Shown here piece by piece: positions 16,506 through 26,847 of a stretch of 58,895 nt of DNA. Where the stretch lies: positions 1 to 58,895 of IMG/VR virus record IMGVR_UViG_3300013006_000001. The stretch is one strand, 5' to 3'. The stretch's first letter is position 1. Every line of letters starts with the position of its first letter. The stretch is from a virus. Taxonomy: Duplodnaviria > Caudoviricetes. The position numbers and the translations under genes are program-made. Under the pieces are notes generated by a model that did no database searches, had not been told where the DNA came from, and worked only from the letters and a program-made list of their open reading frames with translations.

Positions 16506-17343
16506 ATAGCTCCTCCTCCTTACGTACAAACCTCGGTACCTCCAACTCCTCTATCCCCTGATCCGCAGGGATATAGACGCCAGTTGCAATCCGCAACGCA
16601 GCGATGTCCATCGTATTTTTCATCCGCACTCCAGCGGCCTGCACTATGTCCTCTGGCAGGTAGAACACCCGTGTGCTGTACGGGGCCATGGTCTGGCAGA
16701 ACACGAACGGCATGCGGTGGTGAGGCAGTCCCATGGCCTTGGCACCCTCCACGTAGAGCCACTCTTGTTCTGCATAGCCGTAGTCCGTCATCGACCTCCA
16801 AAGTTGATTCCACTTGGACGAGGTGGTCTTCAGGTCCCACCAGCAGTATGGGGTGCAGCCGTCCGGCCTGACCTTGACCCTGTGCCTGCCAATCTGAAAG
16901 AACACGCTGACCTGATTCTCATTGGTGTCATCCACCAGCCTGCGGGCCTGCGGATGTTTCATCAGGTTTTCCAACATGGACTCAAGCTGGAACTGCGTCT
17001 CGTCGTTGCACACCATGCCCGTCTGAGACTCGCACCACTCGTCATATGCCTTGCCCCTGCGGTGTCCGTTTTTTGCCAGCACCGATGAGGGTGGAGACAC
17101 AATCATATCGGACATCTTCTTGCCCATGCAGACGCCTTCGACAATGCGGTCGAACATACTGCCGATTCGGATGGAGTTGGTGTATGGCACCAGAGAGTGG
17201 CCAAGGTCCATCCACTGCTGCGCTTCCCCTCCATGGGAAGCGGTAGCGTGGAGATAGGACCGGGAGAAGAAGTCGTTCCTTGACCGGTAATCGTCACCGC
17301 TCATCCCGATGGCCTTAAAGGGCAAATCCATGTCATCCTCCAT
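16489..17343 (-). CDS. RecE/ExoVIII-like PD-(D/E)xK exonuclease (DUF3799-like)
   Basis: FSRSYL, KVRPDG, WDLKTT, YGYAEQEWLY; adjacent to ERF/SSB. Confidence 0.8.
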   Translation of the reverse strand: MEDDMDLPFKAIGMSGDDYRSRNDFFSRSYLHATASHGGEAQQWMDLGHSLVPYTNSIRIGSMFDRIVEGVCMGKKMSDMIVSPPSSVLAKNGHRRGKAYDEWCESQTGMVCNDETQFQLESMLENLMKHPQARRLVDDTNENQVSVFFQIGRHRVKVRPDGCTPYCWWDLKTTSSKWNQLWRSMTDYGYAEQEWLYVEGAKAMGLPHHRMPFVFCQTMAPYSTRVFYLPEDIVQAAGVRMKNTMDIAALRIATGVYIPADQGIEELEVPRFVRKEEELYEDVQ

Positions 17344-17401
17344 GAAGACCTGAGCACCGTGAGGGGTAGTCCTTCACGCTCACTGCGCAGGTACGGCAGC
17401 T

Positions 17402-17429
17402 AGTTTAGCTGGAGGAATGGGGCTGTCAA
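17402..17429 (-). promoter_or_regulatory. sigma70-type promoter of recombination/replication operon
   Basis: TTGACA, 16 nt, TAAACT. Confidence 0.7.
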
Positions 17430-17453
17430 CCCCTGCCCAAAAGAATCTCAGAC

Positions 17454-20400
17454 CTAGCCAATGCCAAGGGCCTGAAACGGGTCCATCTCTGCCTTCTTCT
17501 TCTCGCGTGCCTTGCGAGCGGCCTCGGTCTGGATGATCTTGTAGAGGAGATACATCTTCTTCTGTGACTCTGGGAGATTAGGCAGGTCTTCCTTTGGCAC
17601 GGTAATGTTTTCGTAGGTCCTGACGCCGGGGGTTGAGGAGAGAAGAATGTTCAGGGCATCACGGGCAGCAAGCTGTTTGGTCCGTTCTTCGTCTACGTCC
17701 TGAAACTTCACACCTGTAAGTGCGTTCACTAGGAACTTGACTGCCCGTTCTTGTGGTGAGAGTCGCTGATCCGTGAGTTGGCGTGTCGTGCCAAGGACGC
17801 GGGAACCGCCGGGGAGGTTGACCAGAATCTGTTCTGCCGTCCGGCCCGGGGCGCCCATCGTCTGCTCCAGCATGGAGTAGAGGTCGGATAGCTGGCGACC
17901 AGAGTAGAACTGGCGATTGGTCAGGCTCTCAAGCGGCCCCTTAATCAGTGGATTGGTTTGCCCAAGGATGTTGAGCCCTGTCTTCTGCAGGCCGGACATC
18001 AGCTTTTCGTATGCCGTGTTGCCGATGCCGGGGGTTCCAAGGTTGATTGGACCCTCATATGGCAAATCCATGTTGGTTAGGAATCGCTGCAGAGGACTGT
18101 CTGCGCTCAGACCAACCAGAGGGAACCCTCCCGGGAGCGGGATGGAGGCAGACTGCCTGAGATAGTCAGGCGTGAACATGTCTTCCTTTGGTTCAGTGCC
18201 ACGGTTGGTTGCACGAATCGTTTGCCCCATACCTCCTGAAGGGTGGTTGATAACTTGATCTGCAATGTATGGGGTGATGCCCTTTGTGTACGAATAGAAT
18301 GGGAAAATTCTCTTGAGTACGTCTCGCTCTACATCGGTAAATGCTTCAGGCTTATAGTTCACCTGAGTCAAGTCTGCCAGCCTTCTTGCCTCGACTGGAG
18401 AATTGCCCTTGCGAATGGCTGCAAGGTAGGTGCCGTACCGATTGCCAGCGTCAGTGAACTCTGCTGCACGGTCGCCCGCCTCCAGCAGGGGATTGGTGTT
18501 GCCAGAACTTCCTCTGGTGGACATGAAGTCCCACAAGGCGCCGCCCCATGTGCGGTCTGGGTTGTACGCCATCTTGCTCATACTGGACCGCATCTTGCCA
18601 GCAGCGCCCGGAAACCCCTCAACCATGTTGGTCGATGAGGCACCACGCATGAGGTCATCAGATGCTGTGCTGCTTCCAAGACCTTGCCCGCCAGCGTCAA
18701 TCAGGAACTGGCGAACCCGCTCCTTGGGGTCCTTGATGCTGCCGTAGAACGTGTCTTCAAGCCGCTTGGCAAGGGATGGCGAAAACCACCCACCATCAAA
18801 GTAATTCCCTCTTCCAATCTGCGTCCCAATAGCCCAGTCAATGGGGTTGAACAGGCCCTTTGTGGCAGATGCAAACGAGCCAGAGTAGGCGTCTCTGGTG
18901 TAGCGTGCTGGCCACAGCAGCGCCAGCGTCTTGAAGCCCTTGGTGTAGGCGTCATAGGAACTCAGCAGTTCCTCAAAGCCGGGTGTCGGCCTGCCCGGGC
19001 TAATACGCGAGGCCCACTGATCAATGAAGGTCTTGTCAATGGACATCTCGTCTGGGTGCGTGCCGGTAGCCGCCGCCCATGCAGCAGAGAACTTGTCCTT
19101 GTCAAAACCCAGCTTCTCTCCAGCTTCCTGTGCGGAGTAGTTGACTCCACCCGGGACTGTGTCCACAGCCCGGAACTCAGCGGCCATTGGGCCACCCTTC
19201 TCCGGGTTGATCATGTTCATCAGGAACTCGGCGTTGGACTCCACGCGAGCGCGTGACTGACCATAACGCTTGATCTCATTGAAGATGTTCTGACCGAAGA
19301 TTGGCACGCCCTTCTGGGCATGCTGTGGGTCCATCTTGCGGACGAAGTCAGCCAGCTTAATGTAGTCTTTGGCCTTGCTTGCTTCGTGCTTGGCCGCAGC
19401 TTCATTGAATGTGTCAAGCCTGCTCTGGTCTGCGGCTTGCGTGTACTGCGTCCGCAGATTGTCAAGGTCGTCGGACAGCTTGTCTCGCTGCGCAAGCTGG
19501 GCGATTGCGTCATCAAGCTCCTTCTGCAACGCTGGCTGGGGAATCCCATTGGGGTCCCCGACCAAGAAGGTGTTCATATTGATCTTGTCTTGCAGTTGCT
19601 TCCTTGGAGGGAATCCGCGAAGCTGTTGCTCAATGCCTGCAATCTGCTTGGTCAGCGGGTGTCCCTTGGGCAGGTCCGCTGGAGTGGTCCAGTTCTGCGT
19701 GTCTGGATTGAACTCATCGTCCAGATGCGAGTAGACACCGCCACTGTTCCTCTGAATCTCAGGGAAATGCGTCCTGTGGTAATCGTCCAGAACCTGCCGC
19801 ACTTGGTCGTTTGGCGTGTTGCGAAGTAGCTCGGCAAGCTCCGGGTTGTCGGACATGCGGTTGAGAACGTATGTCCCGCCAAGAACGTCAAGCTCTCGCT
19901 TGCGGCCAACAGACGAGGCATCAGAAACCTCGGCAACTTGTGGCCCCCTGCGAAACTTGAGCCACTGTCGCACCTGACCAAGCCGACCCTCTTTGTTTGG
20001 CCCCGGCACCATCTCGTTGTCGAACCGTACCTGCTGGCGCGGGAAGAACTCGGTGCCTGCCTTTGACCAGTAGCTATCAAGCGGAAGACCAAGGCTCAGT
20101 GCGTTGGCTTTGGCTTCTTCTCTGAATCCCTGAAACCACTTGACAAGCTGGCCGTGTGGAGTTGTCTCATCCCTTGCAACCTTCATTGCGGCAGCAGTCT
20201 TCAGCCGTGACTGGACGGCACGGTCATAGGCTCGCTTGGCTGCGTCATAGTCAGGGGCGCCAAGAACCGGAGCGGGAGGAAGGTCCGGCAGCTTGTTCAG
20301 CACATCCAGACCTTCCATGATGTTCCGCATCACGCTGGTGTATTCGGGATCATTCGGCGTGAGTTGGACCGGAACGCCGTCAACGTCGATTGGCTTAGAC

Positions 20401-21359
20401 TGCAGGTCAGCGATTACAGCACCCTGCTGCTTGGCAAACTCCCTGTTGAAAGGAACCTCTCGCTGGCGGCGCAGGTTCTCTGCCTGTCGGGCACGCCATT
20501 GGTTCTCAACCGTTGTCTGCTTGGCAACGTCTGGGTTGAACCATCGCTGCGATGTTAGGTATGCAGGTCCAAGAACCGGTGCATACTTGGCACCCTCTCC
20601 AAGGTCATCGGCAAACTTGGCCAGAAAATCTCCAGCCTTCTCGCCGTAGAAGTCCGTCGCCCCAACGTCATAGCCCATGAACCCAAGCTGGTTGGTGCGG
20701 GTGATGGGGTCATCCATCAACTGATCAACGGTGCGTCCAGTTCGTTTGGTCACCTTCTCTGCGTTGAACAGGAAGTTCTTCTTGGCTTCCTCTCTGGCGA
20801 CATCATCTGTCATCGACTCAAGTAGGGAGCGAGTTGTGCTTTTGCGAAGATGCTCGCGGATGCCCTTGTTAGCGGCGTATGCGGCAACGTCTGCACCTTG
20901 CAGCAGGCCAGCCTTCTGGGCCAGCAGTCCAGCAGCAGTCTTCGCCCCCTTGCCCAGCAGAACGTTCAGTCCAAGCGAGGCGTAGGTTGTGGGGTCAAGC
21001 AAGACTTCTGCAGCCAGACCGCCGCCGAAGTTGCTCCACGTGTCCTCGTCACCAGCCAAGCCATAGCTACGGGCAAGCTCCCTCCCGCTGACGCGGTCAT
21101 CGGTGGTTTCGTACAGAGCCGACGCCGCCTTGCCTAGGCCACCATGCAAGCCACCGCGAACGATGGACCCCGGCGTATCCAGCAACCACCCAAGGCCAGC
21201 GATGCCAGACGAGCCAACCTCTGCCAGCTTCTTGAGCATGGAAGACTTTTCATCTTCCGGCAGAAGGTCCTCAAGCGTAACGTCCTCGCCACGGGCTTCT
21301 GCCTGTGCGCGTAGCAGCCCGTTTGGATCATAGAGATCATAAAGAGGTGAGCGTGCCAT
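17454..21359 (-). CDS. Large internal virion/ejection protein
   Basis: 1301 aa, last gene of late arm; GLAAEVLLDPTTY N-terminal and IFPFYSY C-terminal patterns seen in podovirus ejection proteins. Confidence 0.7.
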   Translation of the reverse strand: MARSPLYDLYDPNGLLRAQAEARGEDVTLEDLLPEDEKSSMLKKLAEVGSSGIAGLGWLLDTPGSIVRGGLHGGLGKAASALYETTDDRVSGRELARSYGLAGDEDTWSNFGGGLAAEVLLDPTTYASLGLNVLLGKGAKTAAGLLAQKAGLLQGADVAAYAANKGIREHLRKSTTRSLLESMTDDVAREEAKKNFLFNAEKVTKRTGRTVDQLMDDPITRTNQLGFMGYDVGATDFYGEKAGDFLAKFADDLGEGAKYAPVLGPAYLTSQRWFNPDVAKQTTVENQWRARQAENLRRQREVPFNREFAKQQGAVIADLQSKPIDVDGVPVQLTPNDPEYTSVMRNIMEGLDVLNKLPDLPPAPVLGAPDYDAAKRAYDRAVQSRLKTAAAMKVARDETTPHGQLVKWFQGFREEAKANALSLGLPLDSYWSKAGTEFFPRQQVRFDNEMVPGPNKEGRLGQVRQWLKFRRGPQVAEVSDASSVGRKRELDVLGGTYVLNRMSDNPELAELLRNTPNDQVRQVLDDYHRTHFPEIQRNSGGVYSHLDDEFNPDTQNWTTPADLPKGHPLTKQIAGIEQQLRGFPPRKQLQDKINMNTFLVGDPNGIPQPALQKELDDAIAQLAQRDKLSDDLDNLRTQYTQAADQSRLDTFNEAAAKHEASKAKDYIKLADFVRKMDPQHAQKGVPIFGQNIFNEIKRYGQSRARVESNAEFLMNMINPEKGGPMAAEFRAVDTVPGGVNYSAQEAGEKLGFDKDKFSAAWAAATGTHPDEMSIDKTFIDQWASRISPGRPTPGFEELLSSYDAYTKGFKTLALLWPARYTRDAYSGSFASATKGLFNPIDWAIGTQIGRGNYFDGGWFSPSLAKRLEDTFYGSIKDPKERVRQFLIDAGGQGLGSSTASDDLMRGASSTNMVEGFPGAAGKMRSSMSKMAYNPDRTWGGALWDFMSTRGSSGNTNPLLEAGDRAAEFTDAGNRYGTYLAAIRKGNSPVEARRLADLTQVNYKPEAFTDVERDVLKRIFPFYSYTKGITPYIADQVINHPSGGMGQTIRATNRGTEPKEDMFTPDYLRQSASIPLPGGFPLVGLSADSPLQRFLTNMDLPYEGPINLGTPGIGNTAYEKLMSGLQKTGLNILGQTNPLIKGPLESLTNRQFYSGRQLSDLYSMLEQTMGAPGRTAEQILVNLPGGSRVLGTTRQLTDQRLSPQERAVKFLVNALTGVKFQDVDEERTKQLAARDALNILLSSTPGVRTYENITVPKEDLPNLPESQKKMYLLYKIIQTEAARKAREKKKAEMDPFQALGIG

Positions 21360-21371
21360 ACAAACCCAACG

Positions 21372-23846
21372 TCACTTTGAAGGCGGCTCGGCGGGTGGCG
21401 CCTGAAACGGTTCTTGCGCAAACTTGTCTTGATACGCCTGAGAAACACGAATAGGTTCATCAAACAAGGAGTCGATAAGCTCATGAAACTCTGGGCCGTA
21501 AAGGTCCTTCAGCTTCTTCTTGCGAGAATTAAGAACAGCGGGAGTGTGTGGGTATGCGCTGTAGTCAACTAGCTTTGCCACCTTTCCATCAATCTCAGTG
21601 GCCTTTCTGTCATACCGTTCAGCCTTGTCCCTCTCCATGGCGGCAAGTTGCTGCTGTGCAATCAAAGCCTTCAGCGGATCAGGGTCATTCAGTCGCGCCT
21701 CTGCGGCGGCTTGAGCTTTTCCTGCTTCAGTCTGAGCGTCCAGTGGAGTCGTTGCGTTTGCGCGAGACAACCTAGTTGCTGCAACTACGTTCTGCCATTC
21801 TTTTGGCAGTGCGGTGAACATATTGGCTTCGTTCTTGCCCTTGTTGGAACCAGCAAGCATCATCTGGTTGGTGTACCGCTCGCGGCGCACAGCCTCAGAC
21901 TCTGCCTGATTGTTCTTGCGAATCCGATGCACAGGCTGCATGGCCTGATGGATTTCGGCGCGAGACATTGTTGCGGGGTTGAGCTTTAGCTGAACAACCC
22001 TCTCGTCAAACATTGCCTGCGCTTCTTGCTTTGTAACCCCAGACGCAGCGGCGACTCGGTCAATCAGACTGTCAAGACCCTTGCGGGCTCTCTCGTCCTC
22101 AAGCTGAGTGCGGTTCTCACGGTTCTTGATCTGAAGCGGAGTCAACGCCGGTGATGGAGAGCGCTGGTTGCTCTCTGCCATTGCAATTGAGTTGGGGAAT
22201 TCGTGAGTGCGGTCAGGTCCAAACTGACCTGCAGTTCCCGGCGCTGCACCAGTAGGAACCGCAGACATCACGCCGCCAAGGCGACCAAATCTTTCTCGCT
22301 CCCTGTCGCTGATTGCTCGTTCACCAGCCATCCGCTTATCCCAAGCAGCCTGCTCGTCAGCAGCCTTCTGTGCCTGCGCGGCAGTGACGTTGTCCATGCC
22401 ACGGCCAAACGACGATGCGGCCCGACTCTCACGGTCCAAGTCATGGCCATAGGCAGCAAGACGCTCTCTGGTTTCTTGAGCAACGCCAGCGTTGTACCGC
22501 AGCTTTCTTTCTTCCTCGGAGCCAGCCGCCACGCCGCTCTCCCCAGTGTAATCGTCACCGGGCTGTGGCCCCATGGCTGCTCGTTGACGTTCACGAAGCG
22601 TGTTGGGGGCGGCAGGGTCAGCCGTGAGTGGAGTCTGCTGCTGTGCAGGGCCTCTCGCTGGTGCCGCCCCGGGCTGCGGAACAGGAGCCCGACCACCTCG
22701 CGGCCATGGGCCGGGAGCATTTGGTCGCTTGGTCTGATTGCGTCCGCCGGGGTCGCGTGAGTGGAACCTTCCGCCGGGGCTGTTTGGATCAGGGAAGGAG
22801 TCTGCCTCAATGTATTCGCGGTGAGCGGACCAGTCCTCTGGCATGTCAGGAGCAAGGTTGAACGGCTGCAGAGGAATGCCACGGTCAGCATAGAACTTGA
22901 GCACCCAAGCCCTGTCCTGTTCTTTGATGGACTGCTTGTACTCGTTGCTGTCTTCTGGGTACACCAGCCGACCGCTTGCGTCCCGCATCGTGAGCACATC
23001 CTCCCAATATGGAAGGTCGCGCTGCGCGGGGGCAGCAGTGGGTGCTGGCGGCTTGGCGCCGGGAGGCATGAGGGGGCCTCGGCCACGGGCAGGTGTTGGC
23101 GCATCAATCTGCGCAGCCCATGCCGGTGGGCTCCACGCTGGGGCAGTGGCTTCAGTTGGCGTTTCTGGAGGAACAGGGAACGGCCATCCGCCGCCACCCG
23201 TTGGAGCGGTAGCTGTGCGAGGCTCTGGGGGCACAGGAGGAGCGGTTCGCACTGGCTGGACAGGAAGGTCGTTCTCAACCGCCATGGGTTGGGCAGCGCC
23301 TTGCAGGTTGTCTACGTAGTCGCTGAACTCACGCTGAATCCTTTTGATTCTCTGGCGTTCCTCCTTAGTCGAACCGTATGGAAACGGAGAGGCGATGTCT
23401 TTGATGCCCTTGCCGCGAGCGATGGTTCGTGTGTACTGGCTTTGCTTGTAGTCACCGCCATGCTGGCCTTCTGTCTGCCTGTTGTACTCAGCAACCTCTG
23501 GGTCTACCTCTTCGGCGGCGATGTTGTACGCGCGAACGGCAAGCGGACTGTCGGCGCCCGGAGCAGGCAGTCGCTTCACCTTGCCCATGACCTCATCATA
23601 GGTGGTTTCATTCTTTGGAGTAAGTCGCGTCCCGTCTGCGTACACAACCTCTTCGGGTCGTGTTCCACGAATGGCATACTCAGGCACGAATTGCGGTTCG
23701 TTCCGATAGTATTTGTAGTTTGTTTCTGGGTCTGGATTAGGCGTTCCATAAAGTGGATTGCCGTACTGATCTTCCTCGCCGTAGGCATACGGGAAAATCT
23801 GCTCAAGGGAGAGGACCTTGGTTGGAGTCTTCTTTTTCTTGGACAT
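21372..23846 (-). CDS. Pro/Ala-rich putative internal virion protein
   Basis: 824 aa, low-complexity centre, helical C-terminus, position in ejection module. Confidence 0.6.
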   Translation of the reverse strand: MSKKKKTPTKVLSLEQIFPYAYGEEDQYGNPLYGTPNPDPETNYKYYRNEPQFVPEYAIRGTRPEEVVYADGTRLTPKNETTYDEVMGKVKRLPAPGADSPLAVRAYNIAAEEVDPEVAEYNRQTEGQHGGDYKQSQYTRTIARGKGIKDIASPFPYGSTKEERQRIKRIQREFSDYVDNLQGAAQPMAVENDLPVQPVRTAPPVPPEPRTATAPTGGGGWPFPVPPETPTEATAPAWSPPAWAAQIDAPTPARGRGPLMPPGAKPPAPTAAPAQRDLPYWEDVLTMRDASGRLVYPEDSNEYKQSIKEQDRAWVLKFYADRGIPLQPFNLAPDMPEDWSAHREYIEADSFPDPNSPGGRFHSRDPGGRNQTKRPNAPGPWPRGGRAPVPQPGAAPARGPAQQQTPLTADPAAPNTLRERQRAAMGPQPGDDYTGESGVAAGSEEERKLRYNAGVAQETRERLAAYGHDLDRESRAASSFGRGMDNVTAAQAQKAADEQAAWDKRMAGERAISDRERERFGRLGGVMSAVPTGAAPGTAGQFGPDRTHEFPNSIAMAESNQRSPSPALTPLQIKNRENRTQLEDERARKGLDSLIDRVAAASGVTKQEAQAMFDERVVQLKLNPATMSRAEIHQAMQPVHRIRKNNQAESEAVRRERYTNQMMLAGSNKGKNEANMFTALPKEWQNVVAATRLSRANATTPLDAQTEAGKAQAAAEARLNDPDPLKALIAQQQLAAMERDKAERYDRKATEIDGKVAKLVDYSAYPHTPAVLNSRKKKLKDLYGPEFHELIDSLFDEPIRVSQAYQDKFAQEPFQAPPAEPPSK

Positions 23847-24559
23847 CAGTAGGAACCTCCTCGGATGATCTGCATTTCGTGTGCCCGTGGCATAGAGTCA
23901 GGGCGAGACAGTTCAATCGCCCTCCCTCTTGGAATGCCCTTCTGGATCAGCGACTTGACGAAATCCCGCTGCTGCGGACTCGTGTAGGTTACGCCATCAA
24001 TCGGGTCTTCTGTCGCCATAACCTGCGGGACTGGCCTCTGCATGTTGGAAAGGTCTGCGGTTGTCATTGGGGCGCGAGCGGTGGTTGGGGACATCATGTC
24101 TCCACCGACATACATGGCCCCGCCGCCACCAAGTGCTCCAAGAAGTCCCTTCGAAAGCGAGCCACCAACCTCGCCGCCGGTGTCCCTAATGCCAGCAAGA
24201 AGCTCTTCAAGGTGTTGGTCGCCAGCAAGACCTTCGGCTATCTCTGACTCACGAAGGCCCTGAGCCATACGTTCTTCGTCAATGAGCCTTGAGTTCATTG
24301 CTTGCTGGAACATCTCGCGTTTGCTAAGTGGCATGCGTGTTGCGCGAGCGGCGTCAGCAACCATGTTGACTTCCGGGTCACCGCTATACGCAGCGGAAGA
24401 ACTGGCAAGCTCCCGCTCAAGCTGCTGCGACGAGGCCGCGTTGGCAAGTCGCAGTCTGTCTTGCAGTGCTATGATGTCTCTTGGGTTCGCGCCAGACTGA
24501 ATCATCTGGCGGATCATATCACCCAAAGCGTCCGCTGCGTTTTCCGTTGGACCGGCCAT
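23846..24559 (-). CDS. Putative internal virion protein
   Basis: Helical, GLLGALGGGG segment, N-terminal GDMIRQMI motif. Confidence 0.6.
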   Translation of the reverse strand: MAGPTENAADALGDMIRQMIQSGANPRDIIALQDRLRLANAASSQQLERELASSSAAYSGDPEVNMVADAARATRMPLSKREMFQQAMNSRLIDEERMAQGLRESEIAEGLAGDQHLEELLAGIRDTGGEVGGSLSKGLLGALGGGGAMYVGGDMMSPTTARAPMTTADLSNMQRPVPQVMATEDPIDGVTYTSPQQRDFVKSLIQKGIPRGRAIELSRPDSMPRAHEMQIIRGGSY

Positions 24560-24839
24560 TCTTCACCTTTGGCTTGTTGTAGACTTCTTCGGACTCATGC
24601 TCAGGCGACTCTTCGCCCTCTTCTTCTTCGACCATGGGGACGTTAGCCTTGCCGTGCATCTCCTCATCCAAGTCAGCCAGTTCGTTCTTCTCTGGCTTCT
24701 CTTGCTTCTTGTCCTTGCCTGTCAGCTTCTGGAGGATTGACTCCTCGTCGCCGTCTTTGGTGGTCAGCAACTGCTTGACCAGCCTCTTGAGGGCGGCGTT
24801 TGTCAAGTCATCAAGGTCCAAAGACATCTTTTGATTCAC
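24519..24839 (-). CDS. Small highly charged protein
   Basis: Acidic/basic low-complexity ORF coupled by ATGA overlap. Confidence 0.65.
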   Translation of the reverse strand: MNQKMSLDLDDLTNAALKRLVKQLLTTKDGDEESILQKLTGKDKKQEKPEKNELADLDEEMHGKANVPMVEEEEGEESPEHESEEVYNKPKVKNGRSNGKRSGRFG

Positions 24840-25228
24840 TTCAGGAGTCCTCCGAGAAGTCCGATTGCAGTCTGCTGACGCTGTAGGTTGGCCATCTGCT
24901 GCTGGTATGCGTTCTGTGTATTGAGCCCGCCAAGTGCCTGTGCAAACTGACCTTGGGCCTGCTGGCCCTGTAGATCAATGCCCGAACTGAAGACATTGTT
25001 CTGCAACTGGTTGCCGTAGGCGTCGGCAATCCCCTGCGACATCTTGTTTGCAGAGTCGATTCCGGCTTGATTCATCTGGGCCCCGCCACGGGAGAATCCA
25101 GCACGGTCATACTGCTTGACGTTGAACCGTGGGTCCCCAGCCGCCATGGCATTGGAGTAGTCGTTGTTGAACGCCCGCTGAGTTCCAGAGAACTGCGGCA
25201 GTGATTGGTTGACGCCGACCTTGTTCAT
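24836..25228 (-). CDS. Small Q/N/G-rich ejection (pilot-like) protein
   Basis: Q/G/A composition, ends IGLLGGLLK. Confidence 0.6.
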   Translation of the reverse strand: MNKVGVNQSLPQFSGTQRAFNNDYSNAMAAGDPRFNVKQYDRAGFSRGGAQMNQAGIDSANKMSQGIADAYGNQLQNNVFSSGIDLQGQQAQGQFAQALGGLNTQNAYQQQMANLQRQQTAIGLLGGLLK

Positions 25229-25536
25229 CTGTAGAGGTTCCTGAGAAGGTCAGATAAGGCGCCGTACTGTGAATTCTCAATGTCAGACGCCTGCTTGCTG
25301 GCTGTGCTCATCTGGTTCAGTCCGCTGAGTGCCAGACCTTGCTGCGCCTGCATCTGCTGAAGCGCGTAGTTGGCGTTCGCCTTCTGGGAATTTACGTTGA
25401 ACTTGGCCTCGTTGTCCATGGACAACTGGCGCATCACATCGGCGTTCGCGCCGGGGAACTTGTAGGGCGATGTGGCCCGTGGCATCTCGGACTGGAACGG
25501 CTGGTTCTGCAGTCCTGTCTGGAAGTTGTAGTTCAT
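25225..25536 (-). CDS. Small Q/N-rich ejection (pilot-like) protein
   Basis: Composition and position. Confidence 0.6.
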   Translation of the reverse strand: MNYNFQTGLQNQPFQSEMPRATSPYKFPGANADVMRQLSMDNEAKFNVNSQKANANYALQQMQAQQGLALSGLNQMSTASKQASDIENSQYGALSDLLRNLYR

Positions 25537-25542
25537 GTTTGG

Positions 25543-26823
25543 CTAAAATCCCCGCGAGCCGTAGCCGGTCCTGTTGGCGCTGAAGAATGGATTGGCCACC
25601 ATCTGCTGCGAACCCGCTCCGCGCCCCATGGAGCCACCCTGAACTTGCCCGCCAGTGTAGGCCATCGTGCCGTCAGGGTTCCTGTAGCCAGCCGGAATCG
25701 AGTAGTTGCCAGCCGCGAGGTTTGCATACGCCTGCCCCATTGCATCAATGCCACCCATAGCACCACCGACAGAACCACGGTTCCACAGGTTGTTCAGGTC
25801 GCCACGGTTGGCGTTGAAGCCTGTGCCCATGTCGCCACGGTATGCACCAAGGTTGGCGTTTTGCATGCCGTAGCCTTGGTTAATGGAGTTTAGAATTGGG
25901 CTGTAATCGGCAGTCCTGTCGTTGGCGTAGAACTGATCCATGCCTTGCATGGAGGCGCCAAGGTTCTGGTTGCCAAGAGACTGCAGGCCACCAAGCGTCT
26001 GGCCAAGGAGCATGGACGGCTGGCCACGTGAGGAGTAATGCTGCGCATCCAGACGGTTCATCCCGCCGAGAGAGTTGGCGTCGATGCGATTGGCTGTGTC
26101 GTTGGAGCGGACTGCGTTGAACGAGTTGTCCAGACCAGCGAATGCGCGGGACGATAGGCCAGACAGGGCGCTTGGGTCATACCCTCCACCGCCGTATGAC
26201 GGGGCATAGGCTCCGTAACTGCCGCTGGCAATCGGGCTGCCGTCAGGACCGGTGGCTTGGAAGTTGGAGCCACCGTAGCCGCCACCCATGCCGCCCATTG
26301 CGCCTCCGATGGCGTTGGCCGCTGCCATGCCTGTGCCAGCCTTGACGTAGCTGTCACCTAGCCCAGCCAATGCTTGATTCCGGGAAGAGCCATACCCGGA
26401 CACAGCGGCTTGATTGGCCGCATTCATATCGCTCAGGGCCTTGCTGTACGCGGTCTGGTTGGAGGCCCAAGCACCCATGGCAGAGCCTGCAGCAGAGCCG
26501 TAGGCCCCAAGTGCAGCAGACCCCATGTTTCCAATAGAGCCCTGTCGAGCCGCCTCGGCCATTCCCTTGGCCGTATTGGCAGACCCCCGCTCGGAGGCAA
26601 TTGAACTGGCCAGACCGGAAAGAGCCCCTGCCTGCGAGCCGTAGGCGTTCGCGCCGGCATTCGCCAGCCCACCCAGCCCTTGGGCGTAACTGCCGTACCC
26701 ACCGGAGTAATTGGCCCCAAACCCCGGCAACTGTTGGTACAGAGTGCCGGTGTTTTGGATGCCAGCCACAGCCTGTGCGTTCTGCAAAGGACTGCCACCG
26801 ACCTGCTGAAACGTGATTCCCAT
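25543..26823 (-). CDS. Gly/Ala-rich DNA pilot/ejection protein
   Basis: 426 aa, G/A/S/N-rich; first gene after late motif. Confidence 0.65.
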   Translation of the reverse strand: MGITFQQVGGSPLQNAQAVAGIQNTGTLYQQLPGFGANYSGGYGSYAQGLGGLANAGANAYGSQAGALSGLASSIASERGSANTAKGMAEAARQGSIGNMGSAALGAYGSAAGSAMGAWASNQTAYSKALSDMNAANQAAVSGYGSSRNQALAGLGDSYVKAGTGMAAANAIGGAMGGMGGGYGGSNFQATGPDGSPIASGSYGAYAPSYGGGGYDPSALSGLSSRAFAGLDNSFNAVRSNDTANRIDANSLGGMNRLDAQHYSSRGQPSMLLGQTLGGLQSLGNQNLGASMQGMDQFYANDRTADYSPILNSINQGYGMQNANLGAYRGDMGTGFNANRGDLNNLWNRGSVGGAMGGIDAMGQAYANLAAGNYSIPAGYRNPDGTMAYTGGQVQGGSMGRGAGSQQMVANPFFSANRTGYGSRGF

Positions 26824-26829
26824 GGGTTT

Positions 26830-26847
26830 CTCCTACCTATCAGTGTC
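26830..26847 (-). promoter_or_regulatory. Putative late promoter fused to RBS
   Basis: GACACT-GATAG-GTAGGAG-6 nt-ATG. Confidence 0.6.

Noticed and set aside
22268-23852. Alternative-frame ORFs of 336 and 363 aa
   Set aside because: Overlap the Pro/Ala-rich 824-aa gene; explained by stop-poor GC-rich sequence.
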